This document shows, piece by piece, positions 41,701 to 48,950 of a stretch of DNA of 64,000 bases. Where the stretch lies: IMG/VR virus record IMGVR_UViG_3300046008_000478, positions 15,246 to 79,245 of that record; one strand, 5' to 3'. Below the pieces are notes generated by a model that ran no database searches, was not told where the DNA came from, and saw only the letters and a list, made by a program, of their open reading frames with translations. Source of the stretch: a virus. The translations under genes and the position numbers were made by a program. Numbering within the stretch: position 1 is the first letter of the stretch; every line of letters starts with the position of its first letter.

Positions 41701-42974
41701 TGGACGGCCTGTACAACCCGCACACCACCACCAAACCTATTGCCAAGTCCGGCAATGCGCTCGAAACGGCTGTGCTGGATGCTGGATACAAGGGATATGT
41801 AAACCCAGAGCAGGGATCCATTGTGGTGCTGGACCAGGATGTTCCAGTGAGGTACGCTGGCATTAGCTCGCAGCACGCCATTACTCCGCGCGTGGTGCAG
41901 CGGGTGCAGCAGCGCATCATGACTCGCCTGGAGCGCTCCGAGCTGGTGCGCAAGCCGGTCGGCAACGAGATGCTGCAAATCATCGGGGCACGCGCGGCCA
42001 TCGATGCCGCGGCCCCATCGTTCAAGCTGCAGTATGGGGATGCCCGGGTAAATCAGGATGAATCTGCTGCGGCAGATGGCGCCCTGGCCTCCGCCGGGTC
42101 GACCTTTCAGTTTGGCGAGGCGCGCTACAGTGCCCGCGACCTGGGCTTCTACTCTGAGCTGTCAGCCCAAATGGACAAGGCCACCATGAAGCAGGCCCCG
42201 GCCGGAGCATGGAAGTCGTTCATCGGCGCCCTGGCCCAGAAGGGTGTAAAGAAGGATGAGGTCGAGTGGACCGGCATCAATGACTTCCTGGATCTCCAGG
42301 AGGGCAAAGTGTCCAAGGAGCAGATCCAGGAATACCTGCGCGGCAATGGCGTACAGGTGGAGGAGGTTGTGCTCGGAGATGAGCCGGCAATCAAGACAGT
42401 TGAGGCTGCCAAGAAGTATCTGCTTGAAAGATTCAAGGAAGATCCGGAAGAGCGCTATGGGTACAGTGATGATGCGGACTACATCTCAATCGCCAATGAG
42501 TGGCAGCTTGGAGACACTGGCCCCAACAGCGTATCAAAGTACCACCAGTACACCCTGCCTGGTGGCGAGAACTACCGCGAGGTGTTGCTGACGCTGCCTC
42601 GTGAAGATGATAAGACCAAGTCCGCGAAGGCTGCATTTGAAGAAGCCAAAAAGAAATTTGATACAGATGGGTCGCAGCCCAACTACTTCAATCTGAAGAT
42701 GGCAGAGATGGATCTATCAAGCGCCCAGCGTAACGTTGGGGGAGCGTACAAATCAAGCCATTGGGACCAGAAGAACGTCCTTGCCCACATCCGCCTGAAT
42801 GACCGCACCGATTCGACAGGAGCTCGCGTACTTTTTGTAGAAGAAGCGCAGAGCGATTTTCAGCAGGACTACCGCAAGTCAAAAGAAGCAGTTTCCAAGG
42901 CTGTTGAAAGTGACTTCAATGGGATAATTGAGCGCATGAAAAAGGCTGGTGTTTTGGAGGTGAATTGTGATTAA
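32739..42974 (+). CDS. Giant polyvalent ejection protein, part 1 (glucosaminidase, membrane region, InPase, zincin, ART-like and other domains)
   Basis: LETGWG...NNLGNIK...GYAEDP; EAGNY.K...DGDKVDVF...FDEHK; AHEFKH; FKEWFGDW...VVYHGT; TIDVWAAR. Confidence 0.85.
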   Translation: MSILDNTAIEQQLLAMGEKKSAGDAPAAPRSDSAASGPQAFVQRYADLAATTGAKLGVAPEVLLGQWGLETGWGKSIIPGTNNLGNIKGKNGPMATDNQTGSRDSYRAYKDDADFGNGFTAFIGNSERYQGALNSGADAGAYFSALKKGGYAEDPAYVQKGVSATRLASQFLGGRALPAGQVSATEAPTEAPQYHWGAQDGPTRTVATKPASFAEKAADTAISLGSGLLGGAKSLTDVFGADNSASQFLGEQSKNVDGYTSDERKAERAASQEKIKQAELYGSAWDEIKANISAFADAPIDIVVGAVGSSAPTLLSMFIPGLGQTAAARLVMGGIMGAAQGTGAGKGSIYEAVENKLLESGIDQDTAKKTAAAAQAYDGQNGGMIAANGIMGTIAGLTGVEGSLAKILGKKVAEGAAEKAAPGLIKTFAKGIAQESPIEGAQGGLERVSGNVALQNQGYDTPTFQGAAGQAAMESLASAPMGGGFALLSRNGQPAGPITPPNPLEEAAKAPGAVLSRAAIAPDDIAQRAHEIEGELKDSGGMQALRSIGAQHVAPFLEALSIAKDKRLPAAARQEALDTINLGMQWMADGKTADQPGNGSPFSTSLVTQSAPTQPGTDLATTAGGALTNPGMPQAFDPNTIDGEVTRVDNMLDGPKALPAPPGPALTNQTTQTPAPAGVSTSAPQEITNVTQAPQSKQAAQEGQEAPAAATPAVDTARTQVSAPKVSIPTGKGTAQSRKRRAQLDAMVVSGFDTVERRDDGFYLINHKSNEEMRLDGMGDAQTARVAIKFKMDADSHVAPSSPLNDKKAPSEAQIEAGNYHKPVTSINGFKVRIENPNGSTRSGTSPDGKKWSSTMAAHYGELEGTLGADGDKVDVFIGSRPDSDKIYVIDQKNKDGSFDEHKVMMGYQSLEAAKAGYLANYEKGWTGMGAVTEMGVAEFKAWVKSQEALKPVAYTDPKTTGVENDERGSDAAGAGLDTQSEGITGVSSSTGEGVRNPASTKGAGSTGSSGATQLDGNEATVARNAELLARVRSAIEGLRARYQAQLSVASTDAERKKLLHEISRLPDVNDPSGELLQGYSNVASAWERAFGQSVGAYVDGRSSADDGFQMGSDALVNLLNQQMPLQWTMAHEFKHLSEFVPSLKKLYDRIFSLIPQGARSEYLSYLHRTGQASTKSLDAATAADIAKLRQEMVADFLGQRFTDKAWLEQLAKQKPNLFGEFVRDWLSILNNAIHELISALSKGNNPKDIDRLMLGHLKQLQEMKLLAVDVATEWAERNPRMSKSTGASEILHSSRIDSINELGNLNLDAMSIDEDLDMVEFLKAQAEFDAQRPAAKVDPKRGGPVQPRADIADAEIQAHGLAAEDAYGDATWVHTHKSAVMLNTTARNLYKQGDESRIDLLQEQDGKWGTEGGIRGTWVGNDGMSTGGTTSLKMAQKFVSRFIASKDLFARKFDIAQTYSSASRANLLNAWNALNKMDGVRKYAKADKTAMSMKDIATQLGVTKFYDVSTFTERQSPTESFLMVEFTNKETSETQEANLTIEKDGDQRFATAHTGALNRNGLGGAFYQMAVEYAARNRLVIRPDDSLSGVNTYRRTEQMLASAMRSGKSNIMVPHSVQRVYGFQNDAKTQDEHDDNVVRLLLAGLRNARELAPEMGLLNYHPETDTFTLKNGKDATGIVDRMLANEDARAFGLGRSTLARAVLTEMALLGQLDVKSIQSIGTPLLYSAREDAELEYKLVEDQYKGTPQWMKAPDGSQTQLTQRQWVQVRTPQFKEWFGDWEKAHATGGVWATKEDVSKVVGSDGEPLVVYHGTDKGGFMAFNQPGGTKRGDLGVFTTSNEGMARSYVRKGRPQDMTPPVGLGDLEEIGYAFEQGFRIDGDFYDSEEEARDAAQEGDVIAPAVRAMDIDGYFIDGPRETGHFFATMDDAVEEALGLYDGATGISTIYAAFANIRHPNETNFEGALWGGERPEQYVVSIDGDLQSRADGKQYFTREEAEAFAKEHPNPLYQDDDGSDYIEPAQDHYQTTDDAVREGLKHGHDGTIIREVIDDGGGIGYDDMPSDVFVANKPEQLKSADWNTGEFGSSDDLRYSERLIEASSAQHQMEIEREEREIAATTRLSAAEQSSIAIEAELIGIPKSKLELEVRRIKAQFPASAGWAPMEFDKINKAEYAKRGVLIMRTVEFKKQPYDFHLGRDGKDDTSTHNKRVTSVAKGISDEIIGLSNKAKQGDKNAQITMDQIGWYSKVAAMLHHQFGGFADFLAQLMGPTSANTPVEGNVKYAMSALKSAMSGKWDGLIADTIRWNEGVMQAAAGLDAVIDANRAKPKAERLTGKALAQTVEFKDAMAVVAAAAPYQGEVPQQDSGAKFGMATQGVVEILAGIWSDFQRGDAPKTKNYYQNLIGRQFTGATIDVWAARTLRRMAGLLRLPTSAEKGVAGNIGAKLTPGAEFGFGQEAFVKAAENLRNSGIEEFANTTPADVQAMIWFSEKESWARSNWTTKIGEGGSAEAEFNLQGNADRDGLEDARRMARKGLPHTGSTKPNKTEEGAQQASINAGVGQFPSARETPQYKERLAKIIAKAVRARNEARVQFESMRGAADRWIAGVTPATDFTPTDATMAEVGAELESKVAMGEDAHKVLAFKALPTMGRYGYDERSIDFEGVTRQGYNGVDMLKPLLELAKDKAQDGLLFGRVLRADEDIDYLRHRPGLELYLAKGTTMEKAQPLLDKLTELGFQQFTFVVDPVRTPGALSGKMGDVVGLRYIFTPEFALREPNPEYGGDQTWAPGALTDDQIRGRMLAKADELHGLSDDLQMIAGVSSVERRHYEANVYFWGDYDNAIARLGARAGNSDSEKSWSGQPLRSGLEGADRRREMDSGSEDAKSFAARRDVLRGDSEPAFSRRDEGYSGRDGADGSVSIKGAVHYGRQAGLSVLSGSSSGTGIKGAEQDRLSAPGVDPRIKRRVYFYIPTSVGIPQSEIGLGAHVYMADLDGLYNPHTTTKPIAKSGNALETAVLDAGYKGYVNPEQGSIVVLDQDVPVRYAGISSQHAITPRVVQRVQQRIMTRLERSELVRKPVGNEMLQIIGARAAIDAAAPSFKLQYGDARVNQDESAAADGALASAGSTFQFGEARYSARDLGFYSELSAQMDKATMKQAPAGAWKSFIGALAQKGVKKDEVEWTGINDFLDLQEGKVSKEQIQEYLRGNGVQVEEVVLGDEPAIKTVEAAKKYLLERFKEDPEERYGYSDDADYISIANEWQLGDTGPNSVSKYHQYTLPGGENYREVLLTLPREDDKTKSAKAAFEEAKKKFDTDGSQPNYFNLKMAEMDLSSAQRNVGGAYKSSHWDQKNVLAHIRLNDRTDSTGARVLFVEEAQSDFQQDYRKSKEAVSKAVESDFNGIIERMKKAGVLEVNCD

Positions 42975-43647
42975 AAAGTTCTTTGTCTACCAGCACAAAA
43001 CAGCAGACACCTTGACGGTTTTCTATATTGGGAAAGGGTCGCTAAAAAAAGGTGGCTTTGATAGGGCGTATGTTTCAAAGAAGCGCAGTAAATTCTGGCA
43101 GGCCATTGTTGCAAAGCATGGTCTTGTTGTTGAAATTCTTGATTCATTCGACACAGAGCAAGAGGCTTTTGAATCAGAGCGCCAGTTAATCTCCTTGCAC
43201 AAGCGCCGATCTGACGGAGGGACATTGTGCAATATGACTCTCGGCGGAGATGGTCACTTGGGATTAACAGCATCGCCAGAAGCAAGGGCCAAACTTAGCG
43301 CCGCATTGTCTGGCGAGAAGCATCCGAACTGGGGCAAGAAACTATCAGCAGAAACGTGCCGCAGAAAGTCCGAGTCGCTAAAGGCCAGTCCCCACAATCT
43401 CAAGGGAAAGAAGTTGCCTGATTGGTGGAAGTCTCGTATTGCTGCAACGAAGGTTGGCGAACTCAATCCTATGTATGGCAAGACCGGGTCTGCGAATCCA
43501 AACAGTCGCAAGGTGCGCGATGCTGGAACTGGCCGCATTTATGACAGTGTTCTTATTGCAGCTGATGCCAATGGCTACAAAATGAAAACACTTTACAACT
43601 GGCTATCAGGTCACCGACCAAACCCAACCTCACTGGAGTTCGCATAA
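42967..43647 (+). CDS. GIY-YIG-type homing endonuclease with NUMOD3 repeats
   Basis: FVYQH...FYIGKG..R; NMTLGGDG; HPNWGKK and NPMYGK; AT-richer than flanks. Confidence 0.85.
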   Translation: MIKKFFVYQHKTADTLTVFYIGKGSLKKGGFDRAYVSKKRSKFWQAIVAKHGLVVEILDSFDTEQEAFESERQLISLHKRRSDGGTLCNMTLGGDGHLGLTASPEARAKLSAALSGEKHPNWGKKLSAETCRRKSESLKASPHNLKGKKLPDWWKSRIAATKVGELNPMYGKTGSANPNSRKVRDAGTGRIYDSVLIAADANGYKMKTLYNWLSGHRPNPTSLEFA

Positions 43648-44702
43648 TGGCCTGCCAATACACCTACAAAGGAAGCACCTATGAAGCGTGGGAGTTTGAG
43701 GACGTCTTAAAGGCAATGTCACCATCTGAGGCCTCCGCCTTCATTCCTGGAGTGAAGTCAGTTCCAGATGCTCCATTCACCCAGAACACGCAAGGCTGGC
43801 TGAACCTGGCACTCAAGCGCGTCATGAAGCTGGCGGTGGATGGAGGCTACGACAAGGTGGCATTCGTGAATGGCGAGCAGTCTGCGGATCGGTACAGCCT
43901 ATCTAAGTCCGTCGCAAAAGTTGATTGGTACAAAGCGCAAAGCGAGTACGGCACAAGGATTGTCGAGATCGAAACCACGGCGGATGATACGGCCATGCTG
44001 TATGTTGATGATGCCGGATTGATTGTTAGGGTTGGCTCGCGTACCGCCGCCTTGAAGCAGCTTCAGGGTCGCCAGCTAGACGAGGCGCTCGGAAAGGACT
44101 TTGCTAACAAGGTCTTGTCAGAAGACGATGGCAGCTCCAGCGGGGATGGACTGAACATCGGCGGCGAAGGCATGAAGACCTTCTACAACTCCATCGTGCC
44201 CAATGCCGCCAAGGCCTTACTGAAGAAGCTGGGTGGCGGGCAGATGGAGTTCGTCAAAGGCATGACGGCCGACAAGCAAGGCTGGCACATCACCGACCCA
44301 TCCAACACCACCACCGGTAAGTGGATGCTCAAGAGCAGCGACTACAACTCAAAAGGTTTGCACTTTGACACTGAAGCCGCGGCCAAGGAGGCGCTTGCAG
44401 AAAAGCAAGTGAAGCTCAGTCAGCCAGGATTCACCATCACCGACGCCATGCGCGAGAAGGTGGGCAACGGAATGCCACTGTTCAGCATGCGTGACACCCA
44501 GGCGCTGGATGCGGAGCAAGCCCACCAGGACGACGCTCCGGCTACTCCAAAGGCCAGGAAGTACGCCGGCGCCAAGGTGGACATCCAGGTGAAAATTGAG
44601 GACACGGGCGAGGTGGCAACCCTTAGAATGGATGTACACCAAACGATTGACGACTTTGATAGCCGTCAAGCAAACATGCAGACGCTGCTGGATTGCCTGT
44701 AA
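43647..44702 (+). CDS. Giant ejection protein, part 2
   Basis: VPDAPF...W..LALKR...GYD.VA...GEQ.ADRY continues the domain ending part 1. Confidence 0.85.
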   Translation: MACQYTYKGSTYEAWEFEDVLKAMSPSEASAFIPGVKSVPDAPFTQNTQGWLNLALKRVMKLAVDGGYDKVAFVNGEQSADRYSLSKSVAKVDWYKAQSEYGTRIVEIETTADDTAMLYVDDAGLIVRVGSRTAALKQLQGRQLDEALGKDFANKVLSEDDGSSSGDGLNIGGEGMKTFYNSIVPNAAKALLKKLGGGQMEFVKGMTADKQGWHITDPSNTTTGKWMLKSSDYNSKGLHFDTEAAAKEALAEKQVKLSQPGFTITDAMREKVGNGMPLFSMRDTQALDAEQAHQDDAPATPKARKYAGAKVDIQVKIEDTGEVATLRMDVHQTIDDFDSRQANMQTLLDCL

Positions 44703-45151
44703 TGAAAATTGTCAAGTCGACCGAAGACCTCAAGCGCATGGCCCTCGCCCGGGGTGCTAGCGCCAGCTTCGGCGGTGCAAAGTTCAACAGCACCGAGGAC
44801 CGGGTGAGCTCCAGGCCCATCAAGCCTGAGCCCAAACCAGAGCCTGCCCCAGAGCCACCCAAGGAAAAGCCGCCAGAGCCACGCATTGAGCAACCCAAGG
44901 CAGTTGACCTGGCGCCCATCGTTCAGGCTGCTGTGGATGCTATGGCGGCCAGCGTGAGCGACATTGCCAAGGACAACGCCCGGGTGATGCAGGAAGTCAT
45001 GAAGGCGGTGGAGCGAATAACTGCAGCGCCTCCCGCAGCCACGACCATCACCTCTACCGTGCCAGAGATGACGGCCAAAGCCTGGCAGCTCAAAGTGAAT
45101 CGCGATACCCGCGGGTTCATGGACACAGTCGATATCAAACAAATCGGATAA
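44702..45151 (+). CDS. Pro-rich protein ending W.LKVNRD..G (first gene of the inserted cassette)
   Basis: TAATG coupling; PEP repeats. Confidence 0.7.
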   Translation: MKIVKSTEDLKRMALARGASASFGGAKFNSTEDRVSSRPIKPEPKPEPAPEPPKEKPPEPRIEQPKAVDLAPIVQAAVDAMAASVSDIAKDNARVMQEVMKAVERITAAPPAATTITSTVPEMTAKAWQLKVNRDTRGFMDTVDIKQIG

Positions 45152-45160
45152 GGAGCAACC

Positions 45161-45370
45161 ATGCAAACAGTTTCCGGGTCACTGACCCTACTCAACGCCC
45201 ACACGGACGCACCACAGGTTTACTGGAATGGAGCCAAGGTCGAAGGCATCACCGCCATCGCCATTGCAAACGGCGGGGGAATGCATCGTGTTGTACTGAC
45301 CCTGCCCGAAGACCCAATCCTTGCTGAGATGCAAGCGGCTGGTATCACCATCAAACGGAGTGCAGTATGA
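45161..45370 (+). CDS. Hypothetical protein
   Basis: RBS AAGGAG. Confidence 0.7.
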   Translation: MQTVSGSLTLLNAHTDAPQVYWNGAKVEGITAIAIANGGGMHRVVLTLPEDPILAEMQAAGITIKRSAV

Positions 45371-45597
45371 GCGGCGAATTCCTTTTCATCCTGCCTACGG
45401 GCTGGGAGCAGATTGTTCCTGCGGACGTTGACATGATTGAAGGCGGCTTGTCTACCTGTCGCGCTCACATCAGCGGCGGTCAGATGGGTGACTTGACCGC
45501 CTTGTTCATTGCCAGTGGACGCTTCACGGCCCCTACCTACATTGACGAGGCCAAGCTGCTGAATGACGATATTCTGGTTGTGCATACGGTGACGTAA
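45367..45597 (+). CDS. Hypothetical protein
   Basis: ATGA overlap. Confidence 0.65.
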   Translation: MSGEFLFILPTGWEQIVPADVDMIEGGLSTCRAHISGGQMGDLTALFIASGRFTAPTYIDEAKLLNDDILVVHTVT

Positions 45598-45600
45598 TCA

Positions 45601-48186
45601 GTGACTGCCTACACGATCAGCAACGGGGGGCTCAATTACTTTGATGCCCAAACTGCCCCAAGCCTTAACGCGACATTAGACACCTACACAATTTCTGCGG
45701 GTAGTACCCTTGTTTGTCGCACCGATACCTACGCCTGCGCCAATCACTCGATAGCGGGTGGTTCGCTGGACACGGTGACATTCACCGGGCAGGGTGGCGA
45801 ACTTCGCTTTGACCCCACCTATGTGCGCGAGATTGACTACACAGGCGGTAGCGGTAACTCGCCCGCCTACGGTGCGGCAGTCAGCCAAGGCGGTGTAAGC
45901 GGTGTGTTCTTGGGGTGCTGGGCCAACTGGCAGAGCGACCCCGCTGTGGCTGGTGTAGCCATTCCAGCTACCGGAAAAATGAAGATTGGCGGAGTGACTG
46001 GCGGGGCTTTTGCTGCCGGTGCGCTGACGGGCATCGCCGCAACTTGCTCCGGTGCAGACAAGCAATCGTGGATCGAAATCAAAGGCCCCGACACAGCCAC
46101 CATCACAGTGCCGCGTATCGGCAAGGTCACCAGTGTTGAGGCGTGGTACGAGCTTGGCACCACCACTGGTGTGCGCGGTCAGATCATCCCTTGCCCCACC
46201 ACCGTCACGGTTGCAGGCGTTTGGCCGGGTGTGTGGATTGAGACTGCGGCAGGCTCTGGGGTCTATGACCGCTATGCCGGTGTGGGTTCGCAGGCTGCTT
46301 TGGCGACTACCCGCACCACGGCTGAAATGAAGATCATTTGGCAGACCACCGCAGGCATTCGTATTGGCAACGATGGCACTAACGGTGTCGGCTACCTGCC
46401 TGTCACGGGCTGCAAGGTGCGCATTCCAGCCACTATCCTGACCAACTGCACCCGCGTGGTGGGTGGATCAGGGCCAAGGGTGCTACCCAATGCCACGATT
46501 GCCACACGGCAGGAGCTGGTGACTACCGGAGCGGGTTACTTTGATCTGCGCAATCTGGTGTGCCAGTGGTACATGAACTTCAGCCAACCGTTCTATGTCA
46601 AGTATTTGAACTGCGCGGTATCGGATTCGATGATCTTGTCGGAGGTGGCATCACCGCTGGATGTGGACAACTGCATCGTGGGTGTGACTCAGGCACAGAG
46701 CAACTTCGCCCTGAATGTGGCTTCATGCTTCGCTGGCGGGGCTATCAAGAACAGCCTGTTTGGTCGGTTTGCAATGGCGGCATCGGGCAACTACGTGGCT
46801 TCGTTGGCCTACATCACTGGTGTGGCTTTCAGCAGCAACACACTGTTGTCTGCTACCTTGCGCGGCAATGCCAGCACGGGTGTAATTAACTCAACCCAGT
46901 TGGTGAACTGCACGTTTACCAACGAGACTTGGATTGGTGGACGCGGTTACTTCGTTGGCCCGCAGCGTTGTACCTTCAACAACACGACATACTACGACCA
47001 CACGATAACCACCACGACAACGGCGACCAACCCAATGTACGCGCTGGACTTCGCCATCGGAGGCTCTGGTAATGTGGTGAACGGTTTTGCAATGCCGCAA
47101 CCCAACTTCGGCCCATACAGCGGCTTGGTGTCAGTCAATGCTTGCTACACCACGCTGATCAAGAACATCGGCACGGACTACGACACGCCGCTGGTGATGA
47201 ATGCTGCGGTGACAGGCGTAGGTGTAAACGGTGTTGGTAACAATGACGGCATCACGATCAAACGGATGTACCTGAGCAACACCCGGTCAGGGCCGTATGC
47301 GTTCGTCAACTCGGACACCAATGTGCTGATTGAGAACATTTCAGGCGATGCGGCTGACACTTCAGTGGTGGCTGGATTGAACGTGCTGGTGAAGAATGCA
47401 CAGCTCACCGGAGCAACAACGGGTCAAGTGTCGGTCTATGGGTCACACTGGCTGACACGCTACACCAGCGCCACGGCTGGTTTCACGGAGATTCTGTGCA
47501 ATGAGCCAACCAGCTCCAGTGCAGCGCAGTGCTTTGCATCCGGTGGATTGCCACAGTTCAACTCCAGCGGATCGGTGCTGCTGACCAAGGTGGGCGACTC
47601 GGTGACTTGGGAAATGCCGTTCTTCGCAGTGGGCTACACCGCGTTCACCAACGGCGCACCCACTATTACCGGCACGAACGTGACCTTTGGCACACGATGG
47701 GGAAATCACGACATTGAATTCCAAGTGGACACCGGCACAGGCTACGGTGGCACATGGCTGAACCTGACTGCTGCCAACCTGATTACCAAGACGTTCACCA
47801 GTACGGCAGGTTTCAAGCTCAAGGTGCGAGCCACTTGTGCGATTGCTGCGGCCACCAACGTCATTACGAATATGCGCGTAGCCATGACCACCACGGCCAG
47901 TGCCCGCAAGGGGACGCTGTACCCGCTGTCGGTCAACACCATCACGTTCACAGGCTTACCCACTGGCACGGATGCAGTGGTGCTGACTGCTGGGACTTCT
48001 ACGGTGCTGGCAAGTGTGGATGCAGGAGTAGGCACCACGTTCAGCTACCAGTACGAGGGAACACCAACCGTGGATGTTGGCTTTATTCAACCCGGCTATG
48101 TACCTCTGTACATCCGGGGACTTGCACTCACCAGTGTGGATTCGTCCATCCCTGTATCGCTTTCAATTGACAGAAATTACGTCTAG
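45601..48186 (+). CDS. Large beta-helix/fibre-like structural protein
   Basis: T/G/N-rich beta repeats; C-terminal DRNY. Confidence 0.7.
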   Translation: MTAYTISNGGLNYFDAQTAPSLNATLDTYTISAGSTLVCRTDTYACANHSIAGGSLDTVTFTGQGGELRFDPTYVREIDYTGGSGNSPAYGAAVSQGGVSGVFLGCWANWQSDPAVAGVAIPATGKMKIGGVTGGAFAAGALTGIAATCSGADKQSWIEIKGPDTATITVPRIGKVTSVEAWYELGTTTGVRGQIIPCPTTVTVAGVWPGVWIETAAGSGVYDRYAGVGSQAALATTRTTAEMKIIWQTTAGIRIGNDGTNGVGYLPVTGCKVRIPATILTNCTRVVGGSGPRVLPNATIATRQELVTTGAGYFDLRNLVCQWYMNFSQPFYVKYLNCAVSDSMILSEVASPLDVDNCIVGVTQAQSNFALNVASCFAGGAIKNSLFGRFAMAASGNYVASLAYITGVAFSSNTLLSATLRGNASTGVINSTQLVNCTFTNETWIGGRGYFVGPQRCTFNNTTYYDHTITTTTTATNPMYALDFAIGGSGNVVNGFAMPQPNFGPYSGLVSVNACYTTLIKNIGTDYDTPLVMNAAVTGVGVNGVGNNDGITIKRMYLSNTRSGPYAFVNSDTNVLIENISGDAADTSVVAGLNVLVKNAQLTGATTGQVSVYGSHWLTRYTSATAGFTEILCNEPTSSSAAQCFASGGLPQFNSSGSVLLTKVGDSVTWEMPFFAVGYTAFTNGAPTITGTNVTFGTRWGNHDIEFQVDTGTGYGGTWLNLTAANLITKTFTSTAGFKLKVRATCAIAAATNVITNMRVAMTTTASARKGTLYPLSVNTITFTGLPTGTDAVVLTAGTSTVLASVDAGVGTTFSYQYEGTPTVDVGFIQPGYVPLYIRGLALTSVDSSIPVSLSIDRNYV

Positions 48187-48194
48187 GAATCATC

Positions 48195-48950
48195 ATGGGC
48201 CACTTACTGCTTCCATCGTCTGAAACGCCTATGTGCGTATACACGGTAACCAATACTTTAAGCGGCAAGACGTATGTTGGTCAGACGACAAAGCTGGCTG
48301 GTGACCGCTGGTACAAGCACGTATGGAATAAAGAAGGGTCTGCAATAAGTGCAGCAATCAACAAATACGGGGTCGATAATTTTGAATTTGCAGTTATCGA
48401 CAACGCTGAAAATATTGACCAGTTAAATCACAAAGAGGACTTCTGGGTAAAGAGGCTGAACACGCTATCACCGTTTGGGTACAACTTGTTGCACGGCGGG
48501 AAAAACAGAATACCGTCTGAAGAAACACGGAAGAAGCAATCTGCATCAAAGCGTGGTAAGCCGTCAGTCCCTGAGCATGTTGAGAAGCGCACCATCGCAC
48601 TCCGCGCATATCACGCGGCGTTGCCAAAGACGCCAAAGCCTCCAAAGGTGTACGTTGACAGGAAGTCGCCTGAGTATCGCGCAAAGATGTCTGCCGCCAA
48701 GATGGGCACCCGCATAACTCATAGGTCAATCAATGCCACAAACCGGACAGGTAAGTCAGGCGTTTTCTTTAGAGAGAACCATGGGCCTTCTGGTGCATTC
48801 TCCGCCCACGCAATGGTGGACGGGGAACTGAAGTCTAAAACATTTGGTTGCATGAAGCGCGGAAAAGACGAGGCGTTTCGACTCGCCTGCCAGTGGCGAG
48901 TAGCAATGGAACAGATCAACGGATTAACTGTAATCGGAGAAGCTAAATGA
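48195..48950 (+). CDS. GIY-YIG homing endonuclease with NUMOD3 and AP2-like domains
   Basis: VYTVTN..SGKTYVGQT; AINKYG..NF; GYNL..GG; N.TG.SGV. Confidence 0.85.
   Translation: MGHLLLPSSETPMCVYTVTNTLSGKTYVGQTTKLAGDRWYKHVWNKEGSAISAAINKYGVDNFEFAVIDNAENIDQLNHKEDFWVKRLNTLSPFGYNLLHGGKNRIPSEETRKKQSASKRGKPSVPEHVEKRTIALRAYHAALPKTPKPPKVYVDRKSPEYRAKMSAAKMGTRITHRSINATNRTGKSGVFFRENHGPSGAFSAHAMVDGELKSKTFGCMKRGKDEAFRLACQWRVAMEQINGLTVIGEAK

Noticed and set aside
42900-43700. Group I intron or intein at the first break
   Set aside because: ORFs overlap directly with no non-coding ribozyme sequence, and there are no intein block motifs or terminal His-Asn
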